From the NCBI RefSeq assembly GCF_009914755.1, contig NC_060929.1: 64,000 bases of DNA. The stretch is one strand, 5' to 3'. The position numbers and the translations under genes were made by a program. Shown here piece by piece: positions 58,406-64,000 of this stretch. Source of the DNA: the human T2T-CHM13v2.0 reference genome, Homo sapiens. How positions within the stretch are numbered: the stretch's first letter is position 1; the number at the start of each line of letters is the position of its first letter. The notes below the pieces were generated by a model that did not search any database, was not told where the DNA came from, and worked only from the letters and a program-made list of their open reading frames with translations.

Positions 58406-60349
58406 AAAGAAAACATGTAAAAGAGGAGAAGACAGGTAAAATAGTCTCTATACCACACCAAGAGCCTGTTAGTGTCAGCCTGGGAAGCCCCAGGTAACTG
58501 ACATTCATCCTTTCATCTCTATATCCTGGAATATGCTTGAACCAGTTTGTGTAACTTTGGAAAGTCTGGAAGTAACAAACGAGACATGAGAACATGTGTG
58601 ATGTTCCGTGTTGCATCGCATTTTATGGTTCTATCTTATGGAGAATGTTTGGACTTCCAGAGCAGTGTGAAGTGGCATCACTTCATCAGGTCATTGGTGA
58701 CAGTGGCCTTGAAGAAATTTGCTGACCATTCTGCTAGGTATCCTCACTGCCATACCTTCTTCTGCACCATTAAATAATTTACTCTTATTTGATTAACTCA
58801 ACAATGTCTGTACCTGGTCTTTCTGTTATTCTGAAACAATGGTAAACGTTTTTTAAAATATAGCAGTCATGAAAGAGAAACAAAGAAAGATATTTGTAAA
58901 ATGGAAAAAGACAAGGCAAAGAAGGATGAAGGGAGGGAAGAGTGAATGAAAAAGAAAAGTAGAAAAAGATTGAAGATGAGAAGGGAGACAGAGAGTCCTG
59001 AAAGCAGTAAATATTTTACTGGGCTTAATATTCACATATCTTCATTAGCTTGTGTGTGTATAACTGTAGGTGAGTGTGTGTAAAACTATTAAATATCTTT
59101 ATTTATTTAAAAATATTATTTAAGATGCCATTAAATATAAACTCAGAAGATATACTAATGTATATTTAGTTATGGGAATTTTAAAAAATGCAAATAAGGG
59201 GTACAATATTAAAATAGTTTTCAAATACATTTTATAAACATAATTGTAAGTATACTGTATTTAACATTTGTATTTATTTTCCCACTTATTCAGTCTTTTC
59301 CATGTTTAATTCCAAGAAAACTCATTTTGTGACTTCTGCTTATAACATTCTACCTACAATTTATTTAATAATGTTAAATTGTTTGATAATTTAGATTATC
59401 TCTAATGTTCTGTTACTATAAATACAGGTGGTTTAAACATATATTTTCCATATTGAGTGCTGTATCTTGGAGACAGATTTCCAGAAGGAGAAGGGGCAAG
59501 AAAAATGATTTTCAGTCATGCATCCCTTAATGACAGGAATGTGTTCTGAGAAATACACCCTTCAATGATTTCATTCTTGTATGAACATCACAGATTTGTG
59601 CTTACACAAACCTAGAGGGGATAGGCTACTTCACACCTAGGCTGTATGATATAGCCTATTGCTCCTAGGCTACAAATCTGCACAGCATGTACAGGTGGAC
59701 AACTGTAATACAACGGTAAATATTTATGTATCTGAACATTTTTAAAGGTACAGTAAAAATACAGTATAAAACATAAGAAATGATGCACCTGTATAGGATG
59801 CTAAAAAGGAAGCTTGTGGGACTGAAAGTTGTTCTGAGTGAGTCAATGAGTGAGTGATGAGTAAATGTGAAGATCTATGACATTACTCTACACTACTGTA
59901 GTCTTTATAAACACTGTATACTTAGGTAACACTAAATTTAAATATTTTCTTTCTTTAACAGTAAGTTAATTTTGGCTTACTGTAAGTTTTTGCATTATCA
60001 GCTGTTTAATTATTTTAAAACGTTTGAGTGTTTTAAATAACAATTAGCTTAAAACAATCACATTTTATAGCTGTATAAAATATTTTCTTTCTTTATCTCT
60101 TTATTCTACAAGCACTTCTCTATCTTTCATTTGTTTTTACTTTTTAAACATTTTTGTTAAGAACAAAGACACTAACATGCAAATTAGGCCTATGCTAGCT
60201 CATGATCATCAAAATCAATGTTTTCCACCTGCACATCTTGTCCCATTAAAACGTCTTCAGGGGCAATAACACACATAGAACTGTCATCTCCTATGATAAC
60301 AACACTTTCTCCTGGAATATCTCCTGAAGGACCTGCCTGAGGATGTTTA

Positions 60350-60365
60350 ATATATGTGTGTGTGT

Positions 60366-60414
<49 letters not shown>

Positions 60415-60655
60415 CACACACGTGTATATATATACACGTGTATATGTATACATATACACGTGTATATATATATACACATGTATATATATGTATACATATA
60501 CACGTGTATATATGTATATATGTATACACGTGTATATACGTATATACGTATACACGTGTATATATATGTATATATGTATATATACACGTGTATATATATG
60601 TGTATATATGTATATATACACACACACACGCACACAAATATACATACATATATGT
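60350..60655. repeat. Alternating purine-pyrimidine (TG/TA/CA) repeat with TACACGTGTA units
   Basis: Directly visible; source of the six long spurious ORFs here. Confidence 0.97.
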
Positions 60656-60879
60656 AAACACTGTATGTAAAATAACAATAAAAACTATACTGCAGTAAAT
60701 CATAACCCAATAACATAGTCATTTATTATCATTATCAAGCATTATGTAGTGTACATAATTATATGTGCTATGTGCTAGGCTTTTATAAGACTGGGAGTGC
60801 AGGTTTGTTTATACCATCATCACCACAAACGTGAGTAATTCATTGTGCTACGATGTTACAATGGCTATGATGTTACTAG

Positions 60880-61213
<334 letters not shown>

Positions 61214-62304
61214 AACTACATTATAATCTTATGAGACCACCATAATATGTGAGGTTTGTTATTGACCTAAACTTCACTATCTGGCACATAACTGTATGTA
61301 TGTTATTGGTCAATATCAGTTGTGAAATTGTGATGCCACTGGCAATGATGGAGTGTACCCACTTCAGCACAATGTCACCAGCACTGGATTTTGTTTCACA
61401 TTGAAAATTAGAAAGATAGTATCTTATCTTCATTATGAATATAATTATTGTAATTTCACATAAGCCTGAAATTTATAGTGATTACATTACTCATGATTAC
61501 ATTATTTTGTCTGTTGCCTGTTGTCTTTCATGATTCTCTTAATTTTAATGTTTTGATACATACCATATCCAATAATATCATTTTGTTGTCCTGATTCCAG
61601 CTCAAAAGGCTTTTTTAAGTTTTTATTATGGTCATGTAATAAAATAATTGGCCCTTAATCTCGTTTGCAGTAATTATTGCATTAGCTTTCTTTACCTTTT
61701 ATTTTTTTTACTTCTAAGTTTGTATTTTTTAAACCAAACAATTTTTTCTCTGCAAGTTTTTTAAATAAAATTTGGAAACTTTTGTTAACCTTCTCTCCTG
61801 TAGATATTATAAATATTCTGTTATCATTCCTTTTGATATGTTATGATCTTTTCATAATTGATTCTCAGTACATTATTTTGTTTGAAGAAATAGAGTTTTA
61901 ATTGATTTCCCCAATATTGTCATAATTTAGTATAATGTCTCTTCTTTAACCTTGAGTGGGAAGTCTTCTCCACTGTTTGATAAATGTTTTTATGTAAATT
62001 ATTTATGGAATATTCTTTTATCTCTATTTCTCATATTTTACATGAGTATCAAATTTTGGGTTTTAAAGATGGAAAAATATATTTGCTAATCAGATTTACT
62101 ATTTACAAACATTTAATAAATTAAATTGAAGAGATAATATGAACCAGTGATTACTTCGTAATTTAGAGAATAAACGTCAAAAAGCAAAAAAAAAAAAAAA
62201 AAAAAAATAGAAAATTCAATTCCTTTAAGAATATTTGACATATTTAGACTCAGTATAAAATTTTACATTGCATAGCATTGTATTTTATTTTTCAAAAATA
62301 AGGG

Positions 62305-62603
62305 GGCGGGGCGTGGTGGCTCATGCCTGTAATCCTAGCACTTTGGTAGGCTGAGGTAAGCAGATCACTTGAGATCAGGAGTATGAAACCAGCTTGGCCA
62401 ACATGGTGAAACCCTGTCTCTACTAAAAATACAAAAAAGTTGGCTGGGCATGGTGGCAGGTGCTTGTAAATCTAGCTACTCAGGAGGCTGAGGCAAGAGA
62501 ATCTATTGAACCTGGGAGGCGGAGGTTGCAGTGAACCGAGATTGCACCACCGCACTGCAGCCTGGGCAAGACTCGGTCTCAAAAAATAAAAAAGTAAATA
62601 AAT
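62305..62603 (+). mobile_element. AluS element
   Basis: Dimeric Alu with linker TACTAAAAATACAAAAAAG and short A-rich tail. Confidence 0.96.
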
Positions 62604-63127
62604 ACATCTTAAGGAGATTCTGTGGAATACTTAAGTCTCAGAGAATATTATTTAAAGTATTCATAATGCATAATTCATTTAAGATGATACAATGTCCCAT
62701 CTAATTCACCAAGGCAGGAAAGACATTATTGAGCTTGCTATCCTTTCTCTTGAGACTCATTGACACTATAGCCTGACAAAACAACTCAGTGTATTTTCTT
62801 TGTATTTGATTTTTTAAATGTATTCTCTTATTTCTAGTTTAAAATTGATCCATAATCATTGCTAACAAGAGATCTGACAAGAAAAACAAAAACTGAAATA
62901 TGAACATCAAGCCTCAATAAGCATAGCCCACAAATACAAGCTAATGTCTATGTACCCATTCATTCACTGAAATCACACAATTCCTTACATACCGTCATAA
63001 TTTTACAGTATTTCCATTTATGAAGGTTTAAAACAATTCTTAAGCAGTTTTCATTCCTATCCAACTTTTCACTTCAAGGTATTAAAACTACAATGGTGTT
63101 GGAAGGTGATAATAGTGATATGAAATA

Positions 63128-63902
63128 TGTATTATTCTGCTCTCACACTGCTATAAAGAACTGTCCGAGCCTGGATAATCAATATGGTTTGGCTGTGTCC
63201 CCACCCAAATCTCATCTTGAATTGCAGTAATCGAATTCCCATAATCCCCACTTGTCATGGGAGGGATCTGGTGGGAGGTAATTGAATCATGGGGATGGTT
63301 ACACTTATGATGCTGTTCTAGTGATAGTGAGTGAGTTCTCGTGAGATCTGTTGGTTGTATAAAGGGCTTTTTCTCCTTTTGCTTAGCTCTCATTCTGCTC
63401 TCTCCTGCTATCATGTGAAGAAGGACATGTTTGCTTCCCCTTCAACCATGATTATAAGTTTCCTGAGGCCTCCCCAGCCATGCTGAACTGTGAGTCAATT
63501 AAACTTCTTTCCTTTATAAATTACCCAGTATTGGGTATGTCTTTATTAGCAGCATGAGAATGGACAAATAAAGTAATTTACAAATAAATGAAGTTTAATC
63601 GACTCACAGTTCTGCATGGCTGGGGATGCCTCAAGAAACTTAACAATCATGATGGAGGGAGAAACAAACAACTTCTTCACAAGGTGGCCAGATCAAAAGA
63701 GAGAAAAGAGCAAAGGGGGAAGAGCCCCTTTTAAAACCTTCAGATCTCCTGGGAACTAACTCAATATCAAGACATTAGCATAGGGGCAAGTGCCCCCATG
63801 ATCCAATCACCTCCTACCAGGTCCTTCCCTCAACATGTGGGGATTACATGGGAATTACAATTTAAGATGGGATTTGAGTGAGGACACAGCCAAACCATAT
63901 CA
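63128..63902 (-). mobile_element. THE1D/MST-like solo LTR, split by a nested THE1 LTR
   Basis: TGTATT..TCTCACACTGCTATAAAGAA (63128-63179) resumes at GTAATTTA..GTTTAATCGACTCACAGTTC (63573) and ends CAGCCAAACCATATCA; flanks AAATA / AAAGA. Confidence 0.92.
63180..63572 (+). mobile_element. THE1C-like solo LTR nested in the opposite orientation
   Basis: ATATGGTTTGGCTGTGTCCCCACCCAAATCTCATCTTGAA...CTTTATTAGCAGCATGAGAATGGAC; probable TSD ATAAT / GTAAT. Confidence 0.93.
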
Positions 63903-64000
63903 AAAGACAAAGGCAAAAGCTAAAACACAGATTTTTAAAAATGTTTATGAAGTCTATCATTTGATTTAAAAATTTGAAAACTAGAACATGATATAAAAAA

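Noticed and set aside
60190-60722. Six overlapping ORFs of 104-162 aa
   Set aside because: Products of a stop-free RY microsatellite (YIYTHV-type repeats) on both strands; not protein-like.

Overview
AT-rich, gene-poor primate (human-like) non-coding DNA. I find no credible protein-coding sequence, rRNA, tRNA or CRISPR array. The ORFs I examined are short and fall in Alus, L1/L2 remnants, LTRs, microsatellites or low-complexity sequence. Much of the window is interspersed repeats: 11 Alus (several with clear target-site duplications), old L1 and L2 fragments, MIRs, MaLR/ERVL solo LTRs (including a THE1 LTR nested inversely in another THE1 LTR) and Tigger-type DNA transposon fossils. Repeat families were recognised from remembered consensus sequences, so subfamily names are approximate. 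The most unusual non-repeat structure is at 37.6-39.2 kb: a ~95% identical 160-bp inverted repeat 1.3 kb apart, with a snap-back junction, enclosing a tandemly duplicated AT-rich palindrome. Other points of interest are several more fold-back patchworks in TA-rich DNA, an old ~130-bp dispersed duplication with a conserved Maf/AP-1-like core, a + strand bias of LTR/L1 elements suggesting an intron of a minus-strand gene, and a candidate minus-strand recursive splice site. I see no evidence for a new multi-gene system, and I cannot identify the locus or host gene.
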